This document shows positions 13,056 to 26,329 of a stretch of 64,000 nt of DNA, piece by piece. Made by a program: the position numbers and the translations under genes. The first letter of the stretch is position 1. Every line of letters begins with the position of its first letter. The notes below the pieces were generated by a model that was not told the DNA's origin, made no database searches, and saw only the letters and a list, made by a program, of their open reading frames with translations. The stretch is from Octopus vulgaris (lineage: Eukaryota), in the NCBI GenBank assembly GCA_951406725.2, contig OX597830.1, forward strand, positions 51,646,001 through 51,710,000, written 5' to 3'.

Positions 13056-15499
13056 GGGCGAATAACATTCTGGGTCTCTGCTTCACGAACAATATGGACA
13101 TCATTCATTATGTGAAAATGACACCGACATCAGTTTCGGATCACAACATAATAGAGCTGCCTATGTTTGGGCCGAAAGTAACCAGAGACATACAGCCTAA
13201 AGAAAGCACCCGAAATCTCTCCAATCTGAACTTCCACAAAGCAGATTGGAAATCGATCCAAAAAGAGATCCTCAGAGAGGACTGGCCGGAATGTCTCTCC
13301 ACACCAGACATTGACATGAAACTAGAATGTTTCATGTCTTCTGTGCAAGCCGTATGCCAGAAATATGTCCCAGAGCACAAGGCCAAAACAAATAGCAGCA
13401 AGATTCCAAGAGACAGGAAGATCCTCATGAGACGACGGACGAAGGTTGCAAATCGTCTCAACCAACATCCTAAAAGTAGCGAAACGTCCCGCCTAAAAAC
13501 AACACCGATGGAGATCGAATAAAGGCTGCAACAATCCTATGTGAAGGAGAAAGCAGACAAAGAAGCCTGGGTTATAAAAAACATTAAATCAAACCCAAAG
13601 GCCTTCTTTCATTACACGAAAGAAACAGTCTCAGTGCACTACAAGATAGGACACCTCCTCCAAAAGGATGGCTCCCTCACAGACAGTCCAACTATGATCA
13701 GTGAGATGCTGAATGACCAGTTCAAAAGTGTCTTTACCACCCCGTTGGAACACAGACAAGTGAACGAACCAGTGGACTTCTTTGCCGCCTCACCTATAAC
13801 CAGCGAGGCGGTTATAATAGAATGTATTGACATTAGCGAAAAAGATGTCCTACAAGCCATAGATGAAGTGGACACAAACTCAGCTGCTGGTCCAGACGGT
13901 TTCCCAGCCATCCTCCTCAAAGCGTGTAAGCATGCCCTGGCAAAACCCCTCAAGATTCTCTTCCAGAGCTTTCTTGCGAATGGCAAACTGCCAAGCAAGC
14001 TGAAGGAGGGAATAATATGCCCAATACATAAAGGGGGAAGTAGAGCAGATGCCAAAAACTATAGGCCTATCTCTCTGACTTCACGCATCAGCAAAGTCAT
14101 GGAACGGATAGTCAGAAAGAAACTAATCGCATTCCTTGAGGAAAATAACTTGCTGAGTAATACCCAGCATGGTTTCCGACCAGGTAGGAGCTGACTGACC
14201 CAGCTCTTACAGCATTATGACTGGGTGTTGAGGCTGTTACTCAACAAATCAAATGTGGACGTAATCTACCTTGATTTTGCAAAAGCTTTTGACAAGGTGG
14301 ATCATGGTATGATATGCCACAAACTACGTGACCTCGGCACAGCTGGAAAACTTGGAGTATGGTTGCATGACTTCCTGAAAGAGAGGTGTCAGGCAGTAGT
14401 GGTTAATGGAGCCACCTCTATGAACACACAAATAGTGAGCGGTGTTCCACAGGGCACTGTCTTGGGACCACTGCTTTTTATAGTGGCCCTCTTAGATATG
14501 CCCTCAAGTGCCCGGATAACCACTCTGACTAGCTATGCAGACGATACGAAAGTCTCGCAGAAAATACAGAACCCCAGCGATGTTGCACACCTGCAGCAGG
14601 AGTTGGACTCAATCTACAGATGGGCTGAGGATAATAATATGCAGTATAATGCTGAAAAAGTCCAGGCCCTGCGCTACCAGCATCCAAAACTGAATATTAA
14701 ACTTACAGGATACACCGGTCCACAGGGAATTTCAATCCCAGAGCCTAAGTCTGTGAGGGAATTGGGTATCGACATGAGTGATGATACCTCTTTCCAAGTG
14801 CACATTACCAGGATGGCGACAAAGTGCAGACGACTGGCTGGGTGGATCCTAAGAACATTCAGAACCAGAGATAAGGAAACCATGATGGTCCTTGGCGGAC
14901 ATTCGTCCTCAGTCGCCTGGATTACTGCTCACAGCTATGGTCACCCACCAGTGTAAAATTAACAGCGGACCTTGAAGCAATCCAGAGAAGATTCACAAAG
15001 AAGATCATCTCTTCGCAACAGCTCAGCTACTGGGAAAGGTTGAAACAGCTAAGACTCTACTCCCTGGAGAGAAGACGGGAGAGGTATGCAGTAATATATG
15101 TCTGGAAGATCCTGGAAGGAATTGTGCCAAATTTTGGCATTGTAAGCTACAGCAATGCTAGAACGGTACGACACTGCATTGTGCCAAAGATCCCAGCAAT
15201 GCCATCACGCTTCAGGACCAGCTTCTGCAACAGCCTGGGTTTCAAGGGCCCACAGCTTTTTAATATTCTCCCAAAGAGTCTGAGGAACTTGCACAAAGTG
15301 GATGTAGCGGTTTTTAAGTCAAAGCTGAGTCCCAGATGAACCTACCTCACGGCAGGAGGTGCAAATGAGAGTAGCTATATCAAACTCCATTCTTCACCAA
15401 GTGCCACATATTAGACGAGGTTCGTCGTAATAACAGTGTAGCACAAGACGGCGGTGCATAAGCATGGCCGCAACTCTGAGCTGAAACTAGAAAAAAAAT
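13056..15499 (+). mobile_element. 5'-truncated CR1/L2-group LINE (end of AP endonuclease + reverse transcriptase), inactivated
   Basis: [15 protein letters not shown]; NYRPISLTS; QHGFRPGRS; VIYLDFAKAFDKVDH; SGVPQGTVLGPLLF; YADD; LYSLERRRERY; stops at ~13520 and ~14192 plus a frameshift; (TA)n on both sides. Confidence 0.95.
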
Positions 15500-15524
15500 A
15501 TATATATATATATGTATATATATC

Positions 15525-15562
<38 letters not shown>

Positions 15563-15571
15563 TTATATGCA

Positions 15572-15608
<37 letters not shown>

Positions 15609-15666
15609 GTACATATATATAGGTATGTGTATATTTGTGCATATATATGGATATACGTACGTATGT

Positions 15667-15701
<35 letters not shown>

Positions 15702-15782
15702 CATGTTACCAGTAGCACTCGAAAGTGACCTGACAATTATATTTAATATATATATATATATATATATAATATATATGTAATT

Positions 15783-16327
15783 ACCAGGTCACTTTCGAGT
15801 GCTACTGCTAACATGTAACCCAGTACAACCTGGTGCATGGTCGGGTCGTTGGCGACTAAACCGGCAACCCCACCAAGCTTGCTTAGTGAGGAGGGTGTTT
15901 ATTGGACACCCTGCGGGATGAAAAACAAAACCCGTCAAAGGGCGGAGGAACTCTTGAGAGTCAACGGCCATCCAATAAATGTCTTAAGGATGTATCATGC
16001 GCGGGGACATAGAAATAATCGGACTGAATACCCGACCAAGTGGTTAAACCATTGGGAGTGAAGGACTCCTAGCCTTTATTAGGGCATCCTTCTATGAGAA
16101 GGTAACTCAAGTAACTGGGATAATTCGACATAAATCTGCGGCTCGGTGGTTACCGATGATGTTGACATGGTCTTCTTTTCGGATTATGGCTGCTGTTGCT
16201 TAGTGAGTGGGATTGACTCAGTGCGCAGCCTTTCCTTACTTAAAAAAAAATCTTGCACAGGCATTGCACGATAATAACATTGATTAAGCTTCATGCAATG
16301 GCCATATTCGATAACAAGGGTGGCACA
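15783..16327 (+). mobile_element. ~550-bp non-coding repeat resembling an RTE-type LINE 5' UTR; candidate HDV-like ribozyme at the 5' end
   Basis: Highly similar copy at 24749-25300; gggcatccttctaggagaaggtaactc motif; HDV-like pairing pattern 15787-15864. Confidence 0.6.
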
Positions 16328-16704
16328 TTATATATATATATGAATATGTAAATGTATATGTATTAAATATATGCACCCACTTGAATGGTAATGCAACATT
16401 TCATGTGCAAAATTGCTGAATGGCAGTTCTGTACAGGGGAGTAGCAAGATGGATCTTTAGATCCTTTAGAGCCAGAAAAGTAGACATTGCAACTCTTATG
16501 GAGGGCATTTGTCCTTAGGTCAATTTGATGGTAGAACTTGAGGAAATTCAGTGTCCTTACACAGAAATGATTGAGTCGGTAAAACGGATGAATTAATGGG
16601 AGAAGCTACAAGAACTGAAGCTCTTCTCTCGGGAGAGAAGATGAGAAAGGTATGCGTAGGGAACATCCTGAAAGGTCAAGCTCCCAACTTTTTGGATTAA
16701 AAGT

Positions 16705-16900
16705 TATACCAACCATCACACTGGACGGTGCTACATACTTACAAAGAAACCGTCTAATTTATCTCAGATAAAACCCAATATTGCAACAGTTTGGTTTTCA
16801 GAGGACCACCACTACTTAACATACTACCAAAGATCCTAAGAGATCTGCAAGGTGCTGATTTGGGAATGTTCAAAAAGCACCTGGACAAATCTCTCAAATC
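16705..16900 (+). mobile_element. CR1/L2-like LINE 3' fragment
   Basis: TQYCNSLVFRGPPLLNILPKILRDLQG...FKKHLDK, homologous to 15215-15325. Confidence 0.75.
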
Positions 16901-17090
16901 CCAGCAGGAAGAACAAAGAAGAGAATCTTCGTACAACTCCTTTCATCGCTAAACCGAGTACCGAAAAGGGACCGAAAAAAACACAGAATGGCGGTGTTTC
17001 ACCATGGCTGAAACTAGTAAGAGAATAAAAGAAAAGAATAAGAGAATAAAGACATGGACACACATATGTACAGGCATATTGTATATAATA

Positions 17091-17520
17091 GGCGCAGGAG
17101 TGGCTGTGTGGTAAGAAGCTTGCTTCCCAACCACATTGGTTCAAGGTTCAGTCCCACTGTGTGACACTTTGGGCAAGTGTCTTCTACTATAGCCTCGGGC
17201 TAATCAAAGCCTTGTGAGTGGATTTGGTAGGTGAAAACTGAAAGATAATCCGTCGTATGTGTGCGTGTGTGTGTGTGAGTGTGTGTGTGTGTGTATGTGT
17301 GTGTGTGTGTGTTTGCGTGTGTTTGTGTGTGTGTGTGTCTGTATTTGTCCCCTCTACCGTCTCTTGACAACTGATGCTGGTTTGTTTACTTCGCCGTAAC
17401 TTAGCAGTCCGGCAAAAGGCTTAGCAGTCCGGCAATAAGTACTAGGCCTATGAAGTTTAAAGGCGGTGCTCCAGCATGGCTGCAGTCAAATAACAGAAAC
17501 AAGTAAAAGAATTAAAGAAT
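17091..17520 (+). mobile_element. SINE family B
   Basis: ggcgcaggagtggctgtgtggtaagaagc...ggttcagtccc head, internal (TG)n, 3' gcatggctgcagtcaaa tail. Confidence 0.85.
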
Positions 17521-17998
17521 AAGCATTATTCCAATTGTTACGATTCTTCATGACATTTAATCTAGAAGAGACAAGAATCGTTGTAAAATCTGCAATTCAT
17601 CATCTGCATCAAAATGTTTTCTTTGCTTTACCAATCCTAAATGAGGGGTGGTCATATTATATATTGAGCCGGATTCTGTTGTGTGTTTGTGTATGTGTAA
17701 TTCTGTTCGCTTGCGTGTGTGTATATGAGCGTGAGTGAGTGTATATGTGTATACTCATACATGCACACACACACACACACACACACATACACACACACAC
17801 ATACATATATATACGTACATACATACATACACACATATACTCGTACACTATCACACCCACATAGTGCTTTGTCTATTTCGATCGGAGCTATATCGACATG
17901 TGGAGCTCATTCAATTTGAAGCTAACAAAATGAAGTGAGATTGTTCCTGCATGAGCTTATATAGGCAACTAAATATAGCTATAGAGAGACAGATAGAC

Positions 17999-18051
<53 letters not shown>

Positions 18052-18553
18052 CATAGTGGTATATATATACATAGATAAAACACGGTTAATGTGTGAATGA
18101 ATTGAAAGGTTGATAAAGACAGAGAGAAGAGAGAAGGAGGAGAAAAATAGAAATATAACAATAACTAACATGGTGAATTATCTTAAATGAAAGCGCGTAT
18201 GACACAGAAAAACAGCGCGATTTTCTGCTTTTGTGTGTGTGCGTGTGTGTGTGTGTGTGTGTGTATGTGTGTGCGTGTGTGCATTCGTGTGTGTAGGGTT
18301 ACGTGTGTGGTGTAGGTTTGTGTATGTGTGTGCGTACGTGTGAGTGAGTGTACAATTGTTAAATAGGCGAGTACCGCACCCCGCGCTCCAATAGCACTGA
18401 AGTCTGAAAGGCAGGCAGATATCAATTATGAAACAAATATCCAAATAAAATTGCAAATTTTTGAAATGTATTACAGTTGTTTCTATGTGTTTTTGCTGTT
18501 TCACAAAGCCAGCAACTCGCAATTTTACTCCTCTGGTAATATAGATTATCCCT

Positions 18554-19093
18554 TAAGGCGGCGAGCTGGCAGAAACGTTAGCACGCCGGGCGAAATGCGT
18601 AGCCGTATTTCGTCTGCCGTTACGTTCTGAGTTCAAATTCCGCCAAGGTCGACTTTGCCTTTCATACTTTCGGGGTCGATAAAATAAGTACCAGTTACCC
18701 ACTGGGGTCGATTTAATCGACTTAATCCCTTTGTCTGTCCTTGTTTGTCCACTTTATGTTTAGCCCCTTGTGGGTAGTAAAGAAAGTTATTTCGTCTGCC
18801 ACTACGTTCTGAGTTCAAATTCCACCGAGGTCGACTTTGCCTTTCATCCCTTTGCGGTCAATTAAATATATACCAGTTACGCACTGGGGTCGATATAATC
18901 GACTTAATCCGTTCGTCTGTCCTTGTTTGTCCCCCTCTGTGTTTAGCCCCTTATGGGAAGTAAAGAAATAGGTCTGTCATTACGTTCTCAGTTCAAATTC
19001 TGCCGATGTCGATTCTGCCTTCCATCCTTTCGGATCTAATCGACTGGCCCCCTACCCACCAAATTTCGGGTGTTGTGCCTAGGGTAGAAAAGA
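18554..19093 (+). mobile_element. SINE family A with triplicated internal unit
   Basis: Family A head at 18557, unit restarts at ~18788 and ~18972. Confidence 0.85.
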
Positions 19094-19104
19094 ATATATA
19101 TCAT

Positions 19105-19323
19105 CTCTTACTTGTTTCTGTTATTTGTTTGCGGCCATGTTGGTGCACTGTTTTGTAGGATTATAGTGGATCGAATCGATCACAGTACTTATTTTCTTAA
19201 CACTGGTACTATTCAATCAATCTTATTTGCCGAACCACTAAGTTACGAGGATGTAATCACACCAATACCGGTTGTAAAGCGGTGACGGAGGAGAGAGGCA
19301 GAAAATACGCTCGCATGTACACA

Positions 19324-19361
<38 letters not shown>

Positions 19362-19520
19362 TATATGAGTTCTTTCAGATTCCATCTATCAAATGCACTC
19401 ACAAGACTTTGGTAGGCCCGAGGTTACAGTAGAAGACATATGCCCGAGGTGACTCGCAGTGGAACAAAACCCGAAATCAAGTGACCGGGAAGCAAACTTC
19501 TCACCAGAAGCCACGATTAC
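19105..19520 (-). mobile_element. SINE family B, diverged
   Basis: Reverse-complement match to family B head and tail. Confidence 0.75.
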
Positions 19521-19690
19521 GTCTATATATATATATATATATAAAAAGCAATAAAGATTCAAGTTAATTTAAATGAATTTACTTGAATATGGTACCTAAC
19601 TTAGATGCACCAAAAAGAACTATACTGATTTAACAATACAGTAATGTGGGGTGATTATAAGCGAGAATGAAGCAACAAGAATGGATAGGT

Positions 19691-19781
19691 TTTTAGTACG
19701 ATCGTTTCATACAAGGACAGGTTTTATTAAAAATTGCAAAAATTACAGTATATAAACGTGTCCCGTACTCATCAGCTAAAA
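19691..19781 (-). ncRNA. Type I hammerhead ribozyme (minus-strand copy)
   Basis: Reverse complement of 20434-20524. Confidence 0.8.
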
Positions 19782-20433
19782 TACATGTGAGTTCTCTAGA
19801 CATCCTAGTGGTTGAGGCTATACTCATGAAGTAATGTAGATAATTAAGTAACATAAACAGATTTCAAAAGTTCATTAAAGTTCTTTAAAGATGATGTACA
19901 GTCCCATCACAGAATTTCAAAAAAGTCCTAATAGCATCACAGAATTTCAAAAAAGTCTTAATAGCATCACAGAGAAGCTGACCCGATCCATAGTGCACAT
20001 ATGAATTTCCAGAGATATTATGAGGGGTTACATACTCACAGAAAGCAAATTTATCCATTGTCAATTACAACGAGGTGGGTTTCAATTCCTGCTTATTAGC
20101 ATTACAGAGAGGGTGAATTAATCCTTTGTATAGATGCACAATTTCCAATGGTGTAGGTGTAAATTTCCAAGGAATTTCATATTCACCGGCGATAAATTTA
20201 TCAATGGTTGAACACAATGAGGTAGGTATCAAATCTTGCTATATGAATAGGTATTTGCCACATTAATCAAATTACTGCTATTTACAAGAGGCTGTGGCTA
20301 TTTAACTTTTAAGGCTGAAGAGCTTACTAGAGCTATATAATGAACTTTTGAAATCTGTTTATGTTACTTAATTATCTACATTACTTCATGAGTATAGCCT
20401 CAACCACTAGGATGTCTAGAGAACTCACATGTA

Positions 20434-20524
20434 TTTTAGCTGATGAGTACGGGACACGTTTATATACTGTAATTTTTGCAATTTTTAATAAAACCTGTCC
20501 TTGTATGAAACGATCGTACTAAAA
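20434..20524 (+). ncRNA. Type I hammerhead ribozyme
   Basis: TTTTAG-CTGATGA-GTACGGGACA..TGTCCTTGTAT-GAAAC-GATC-GTA-CTAAAA: 6-bp stem I, intact core, palindromic ACGATCGT stem III. Confidence 0.82.
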
Positions 20525-21158
20525 ACCTATCCATTCTTGTTGCTTCATTCTCGTATATATATATATATATATATAAGACAATTTACTTAGAAGTTTGAAA
20601 ATGCACCTGAATTAGAAAAATGGGCAGTTGTTTTTAAATAGATTTATTGACATTTTTTTTTTGTTTATCAATGGTACAAATATATATGAAACAGGGGCAT
20701 TTTAACAGAGTTTAAAATTATAAATTAGAAATCGGACAACATGCTTGAACCATCAAATGATCAAATGAACACATGAAATTCACTGAGTTTCACAAGGGTA
20801 TATAATATTAAAGTATGTATTCGGCGAAGAATATAAGAAATGTACTTTATTGAAAGTTCCATCATATTGGGCTTTTATTGAATATGTGGACAAGAGAGGG
20901 AAGGAAAACAGAAGAGAGCTAAAGAAAAAGTATTTTTTCTTTAATTTCTGTCGATGTGCGTGTAGTTCTTGTTTTCTTTTTTCCCCTTCGCATACAGGTC
21001 CCTTCGAAAAACACCGTGAAAAGCGAAGTGTCCAGTACGTGAAGAATACAGGTTTTTCAAATTCAGGTGTATTTTCAAACCCCAAAACAAATTCCTCTAT
21101 ATTTCTTCTTGTGTGGGAATACACTCATTCTTTCTGTATATATTTATATTTACATATA

Positions 21159-21410
21159 TATTAGGTTTGCAACTAAGTTCCCGCCGTTTTTTAGAATCAA
21201 ATTTTTTAAAAGGTTTAATAAACAAATTAATCAATAATGTGTTCACCCTTGTTGTTTACAACTTCTTCCCAACGTTCAACAAGATTTTCAATACGTCTTT
21301 ATCATTCTCAATGCACCAATTACTACCGTATTTTGGTGATTTTTGTGATTTCAATTTGCAGATATTTATAGTGAGAGAGCTTTTCGTATTCCTTTCTTGA
21401 GAAATTTTGA
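21159..21410. mobile_element. mariner-like transposon end fragment
   Basis: TATTAGGTTTGCAACTAAGTTCCCGCCGTTTTT resembles mariner TIRs; followed by a reverse-strand C-terminal remnant. Confidence 0.55.
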
Positions 21411-21418
21411 TCTTGTAG

Positions 21419-21475
21419 AACAGACATATCTATTAACAGACATATCTATGGAACAGACATATCTATTAACAGACA
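21419..21475. repeat. Short tandem repeat (aacagacatatctat)x3.5 at the LINE truncation point
   Basis: Direct repeats visible in the sequence. Confidence 0.8.
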
Positions 21476-23290
21476 AGTTCCTCTGTTGTGGTCCTTGATC
21501 ACAATGTCTGGTCGATTGGAGTCAATTTTTCTGAATGTTTGTATTGGGAAGTTCCATAGTCTGGTGACATCCTCGCCATTTACTACATCCTCTGGATGGT
21601 GCCTATAGAATCTATCATGGGATTTAATTTTGTACTATTTACAAGCATTCCAGTATGTTTACTGCCCTAGTCTATCATGTATTATGAGATGCTTCTCTTC
21701 ATCGAGGAGTGGGCAGCTAGAAACAGTATGATCAATTGCCTCTGTGGATTCTTCGCAAATTCTGTACGAGTGGTAAGATCCATCTTTAAGGATGTTTGCA
21801 TGGTAGTTTCTAGTAGGTAAGCTCTGATCTTGCGCTTCAATAATACAACCTTCTGTCTCCCCTTTCAAAACTGTCCCTTATAGCCATTGGTGTGTTAGAT
21901 TTTGATCAATATCTGGCTTGCACAGCCGATTAGGGTATTTTCCATGCAGGAGTTTACCTTTCCAGTTGTCTTCGATATTATTCATGCAAGCCTTCTTTGC
22001 TTTTTGTTTAATGCTTTTTGCATCAATGATAGGTTTGTCACTATTTGGATCTCTTTGGTCTTTCTGATTGTTAATTTCTAAATCATGAGAAGCAATGATA
22101 GGTCTGTCAGTATATGTGTGTCTTTGATCATTCTTATTTTTAACTTATAGGTCAAGAGACTTTTTAAATTTCTAAGTTTCATGACTGACGCTTGCGTGGA
22201 ATCTTCATACTTCAGTGCAGTTCTTAAAGTACGTTTTAAGACCTATTATTGCTGTTTTGAAGGATTGTTCGAGCTGTGTCAGGCCTCTTTCATCTATTTT
22301 CCTTGGGAGATAAATTCTGTCTACATCTGATTTTGCAAGGTGCATTCAGTACCTTGTAAGGATTTTACGGATCTTTCTATCAATATTCTGCATGTCAGTG
22401 AGACTCCACCTAATGATACCAAAGCTATATGTGGTTACTGGTATGGCCAAATAATTGATCGCATTAATTCTGTTAGCAGCATTTAATTCTGAGTTTGGGA
22501 TCATTCTTACTCTTCGGTAGTATTCCTTGCGGATTTTCTTTCATTTTAGAGTGCTGGATACCATCAACTTCATTGGTCCCCAGATATTTGTATACTTCGG
22601 ATTGGTTTAAGTTTCAAATTGCTGTGATAGTATCAAGTTCTTTACTTTTTGTCTTTATGAACTTCCCTGCCTTGAATGTAGCCTTTACACATTTCTCAAG
22701 TCCGAATTCCATACCTGTATCAGAGCTGAATTCCATGACAATATTCAGGTCTTCTAATTCTTTGTCGCTCTTGGATTATTTGCCGGTTTATCCTTTCCAT
22801 CCATGCAGGCTGTTTGTGTACATTGCACTTGTTTTTGTCTATCGCTAATTTTAATACCGCATTTCTGATTTGCAACATAAACAGCTGAGTTATTGTAGGT
22901 CACTTTTCATGTGGTTGGTATCTCTGGGTTTAGTGTTGAATAATAATAATCATGCGTAACTTCGATTTATTCCTCCTTAGTCCATTTCCGTCTTGTATTT
23001 CTATTTCTTTGAGATAGGTTTGGTAGTTGATCCTGAGCGTCAGTTTCTGGAATATCTCTGATTTGATTTGCAGATCAACTGGTTCTTGAGGAGGTTGGTC
23101 CTGATTTAAAGACTTTTCGAACTCAGTGTTAGAACTTAAGGTCACTGGTGAACGCGTTCTTCGAACGACACAGGTTCTAGGGTGTATTTCCATGGTTGAT
23201 ATCCAGGACTGTGCTATAAGCGCACAGGTTTAACAAGTTGTCTGGTGCCTTGGGTAAGGTTCAGAGGTCCCAGGCATCATCATTTTCCCT
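21475..23290 (-). mobile_element. Decayed, internally deleted R4/Dong-clade non-LTR retrotransposon
   Basis: FSSDTGMEFGLEKC, YKYLG, ELNAANRINAIN..AIPV.TYSFGII.W, DVDRIYLPR, ETEG.I..AQDQ.L.TRNY...CPLL...HD, LWNFPIQT..KIDSNRPDIV; the 5' extent beyond ~22800 is uncertain. Confidence 0.85.
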
Positions 23291-23804
23291 GGGGAAAAAA
23301 AATTTTTTTGAGAAGTTTTAAATTAGTTCATATCATGACTTGCCGCCTGGAAGGTGTCAAAAAGAGGCAGATATAGAATTGACAGTCAGAGGGAGACAGA
23401 GACAGAGAAACGAAAGACAGAACCGTCATTTAGTTTCCAACTACCATTACTTCCGTACTGTTTCCAGGATGGTGCAATCCCAACTGGGCATGTAGTTTGT
23501 CTTTGTGAATGATACGGAGACATAAATAAACTCATTGAGTTACAAACACAACTGAATATTATGTTAACTTTGAAATGGAATGCTTCCTCCTTGTTCAGCA
23601 ATGCAGACGCACCAAGTATCCATGTTTTCTATGTATGTGAGAGAGCAGTACTCGAGAGAAGCATTGGGTAGAAAAAAATTGGCCTCCAAGATCTAACTGC
23701 AAATCTGGTGATCTCAACATTCTACAAGATCCGCTTGTTGACAAAAAGAAAATTTTATTCCTACTTCTGCAATAAAGGTCATGGAGAAGCGCTATCAGGG
23801 TAGA

Positions 23805-24224
23805 CAAGGCGGCGAGCTGGCAGAAACTTTAGCACGCCGGGCGAAATGCTTAGCAGTAACTCGTCTGCCGTTACGTTCTGAGTTCAAATTCCGTCGAAGT
23901 CGACTTTGCCTTTCATCTTTTCGGGGTCGATAAATTAAGTACCAGTTACGCACTGGGGTCGATATAATCGACTTAATCCCTTTGTCTGTCCTCGTTTGCC
24001 CCCTCTGTGTTTAGCCCCTTGTGGGTAGTAAAGAAATAGGTATCTTGTCTACCGTTACGTTCTGAGTTCCAATTCCGCCCAGGTCGTTTTTGCCTTTCAT
24101 CCTTTCGGGGTCTTTAAATTAAGTACCAGTTACACACTGGGGTCGATATAATCGACTTAATCCGTTTGCCTGTCCTTGTTTGTCCCCTCTGTGTTTAGTC
24201 CCTTGTGGGCTGTGAAGAAATAGG
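23805..24224 (+). mobile_element. SINE family A dimer with TSD
   Basis: Direct repeat tatcagggtaga at 23793-23804 and 24225-24236. Confidence 0.88.
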
Positions 24225-24681
24225 TATCAGGGTAGATGAGATGTAAATATTATGGCTGACTGTTGCTGGAACATAAAGCAAAAATATTCAAAGATTGAAC
24301 ACTCCAGAACTAGCTATAAGCGTAGATTTCTATCATAACTACTTGCACACAATTTGACACACAATAACAATATCCTTTGTGTGAACAAAATATATTTGCA
24401 CAACCATTACAGTCAAGCAAAGTTTTATTATTTTCTATCGTATGTAAAATTTTAAAACGCTCTATAAAACGAGGACGAAATTTTTAGGAGCGGTGTCTTT
24501 ATGGTTTTTGAGAAAACAGTCTGACGTGAAATGAAAAAAAAAAAACGGGTCATTTTTAATTCAGAGGTCAATAAATAATCAAAAACAAGCGTTAAGTGAA
24601 ACGCGGCTAAAATTGTGTTCCTCAGGGTTATTTATTTAAGAAATGTATTTCGCTTCTTTGCTGGTTGGGTTTATACATACA

Positions 24682-24736
<55 letters not shown>

Positions 24737-24748
24737 ATGTATGTTTAT

Positions 24749-25300
24749 GTCAGGTCACTTTCGAGTGCTACTGGTAACATGTAACCCAGTACAATCTATT
24801 GCATGGTCGGGTCGTCGGCGACTAAACCGGCAACTCCACCAAGCTTGCTTGGTGAGGAGGGTGTTTATTGGAACCCTACGGGATGAAAAGCAAAACCCGT
24901 CAAAGGGCGGAGGAACTCTTGAGAGTCAACGGCCTTCCAATAAATGTCTTAAGGATGTATCATGCGCGGGGACATAGAAATAACTGAACTGAATACTCGA
25001 TCGCGCGGTTAAACCATTGGGAGTGAAGGACTCCTAGCTTTTGTTAGGACATCCTTCTAGGAGAAGGTAACTCAAGTAACTGGGATAACTCCGATATAAA
25101 ACCTGCGGCTCAGTGGTTACCGATGATGTTGACATGTTCTTCTTTTCGGATTATGGCTGCTGTTGCTTAGTGAGAGGGATTGAGAGGGAAGTGCACAGCC
25201 TTTCCTCACTTTGAAAAAAATCTTGCACAGGCATTGCACGATAACAATATTGATTAAGCTTCGTGCAATGGTCATACTCGATACCGAGGGGGCAGCCACC
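24749..25300 (+). mobile_element. Second copy of the ~550-bp RTE-5'UTR-like repeat
   Basis: Colinear with 15783-16327. Confidence 0.65.
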
Positions 25301-25627
25301 ATGTATGTATGTATACATATATATATTTATAAGTATATATTTACTACTAAGCACACAGTTTTAATTTCCATCAACACCTCTTTCCTGTGGTTATTATTGT
25401 ATTATTTGCACCTCCAACTCCATACTGCTTATAATTATATTGCCGCATGAAAGTCTTACAATAAATAGTCCGGTCTCACTGATTTCGTCATCTTCCTTTC
25501 TCTCTCTCTCTCTCCCTCTCTCTCTCTCCCTCTCTCTCCCTCTCTCTCTCTCTCTATCTCTCTGCTTCTTCATACACACTTATATATAGACATCTACACA
25601 CGCATATATACATACATATACACACAA

Positions 25628-25661
<34 letters not shown>

Positions 25662-25688
25662 GTATATATAGACATATATACGTACTAA

Positions 25689-25726
<38 letters not shown>

Positions 25727-25844
25727 TTGTAAACTCTCAATTGTGCAAATTGTTAATCATGCTCTACTTAACGTATACCTGTATTTATGCATGTTAATAG
25801 AGACATGGAAAAGCGACCAAAAATTGATTATCAACCAAATCGAC

Positions 25845-25940
25845 GAAAGCACACACGTCGCCCGGTCTGAGATTCGAACCCGCGATCCGTCGACCGCGAG
25901 TCCGCTGTTCTAACCACTAGGCCACGTTCCTCCACGGCGT
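25845..25940 (-). mobile_element. SINE family C-related tRNA head
   Basis: Minus strand gtggcctagtggttagaacagcggactcgcggtcg...gggttcgaatctc. Confidence 0.75.
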
Positions 25941-25984
25941 GCTTGCGTATGTATGTGTATAAGTATATTGCATGTGTGTGTGCA

Positions 25985-26025
<41 letters not shown>

Positions 26026-26329
26026 ACATTCATATAAATGATTATGAATGTTTTTCGTCCACTCGATTTGAAGCATAGTCACTTTCTCTTTGCAGTTTCC
26101 CTTAACAGTTTTGATAGCTTTTCTGTCAAGAGCCCTTAAATGACTACCTAACCCTATCGGTACTTAGATTTTGTGGCAAAAGGTGCTCAGAATTTTGTAC
26201 GTACTCGTATACATTTTTTTCGAAAATGGAGACCCAGGCCGGCGGTAGATATTCACATTTGGACATAGAGGGCAGTAGAAACATCACGTGTTGATGATCT
26301 TCTGACATGTGACCTATCATAGATGAAAA

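Larger units (their letters stand above)
19543..20553. mobile_element. (TA)n-inserted element with a 216-bp perfect inverted repeat carrying hammerhead ribozymes
   Basis: 19662-19877 is the reverse complement of 20338-20553; (TA)n at 19524-19542 and 20554-20575. Confidence 0.88.
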
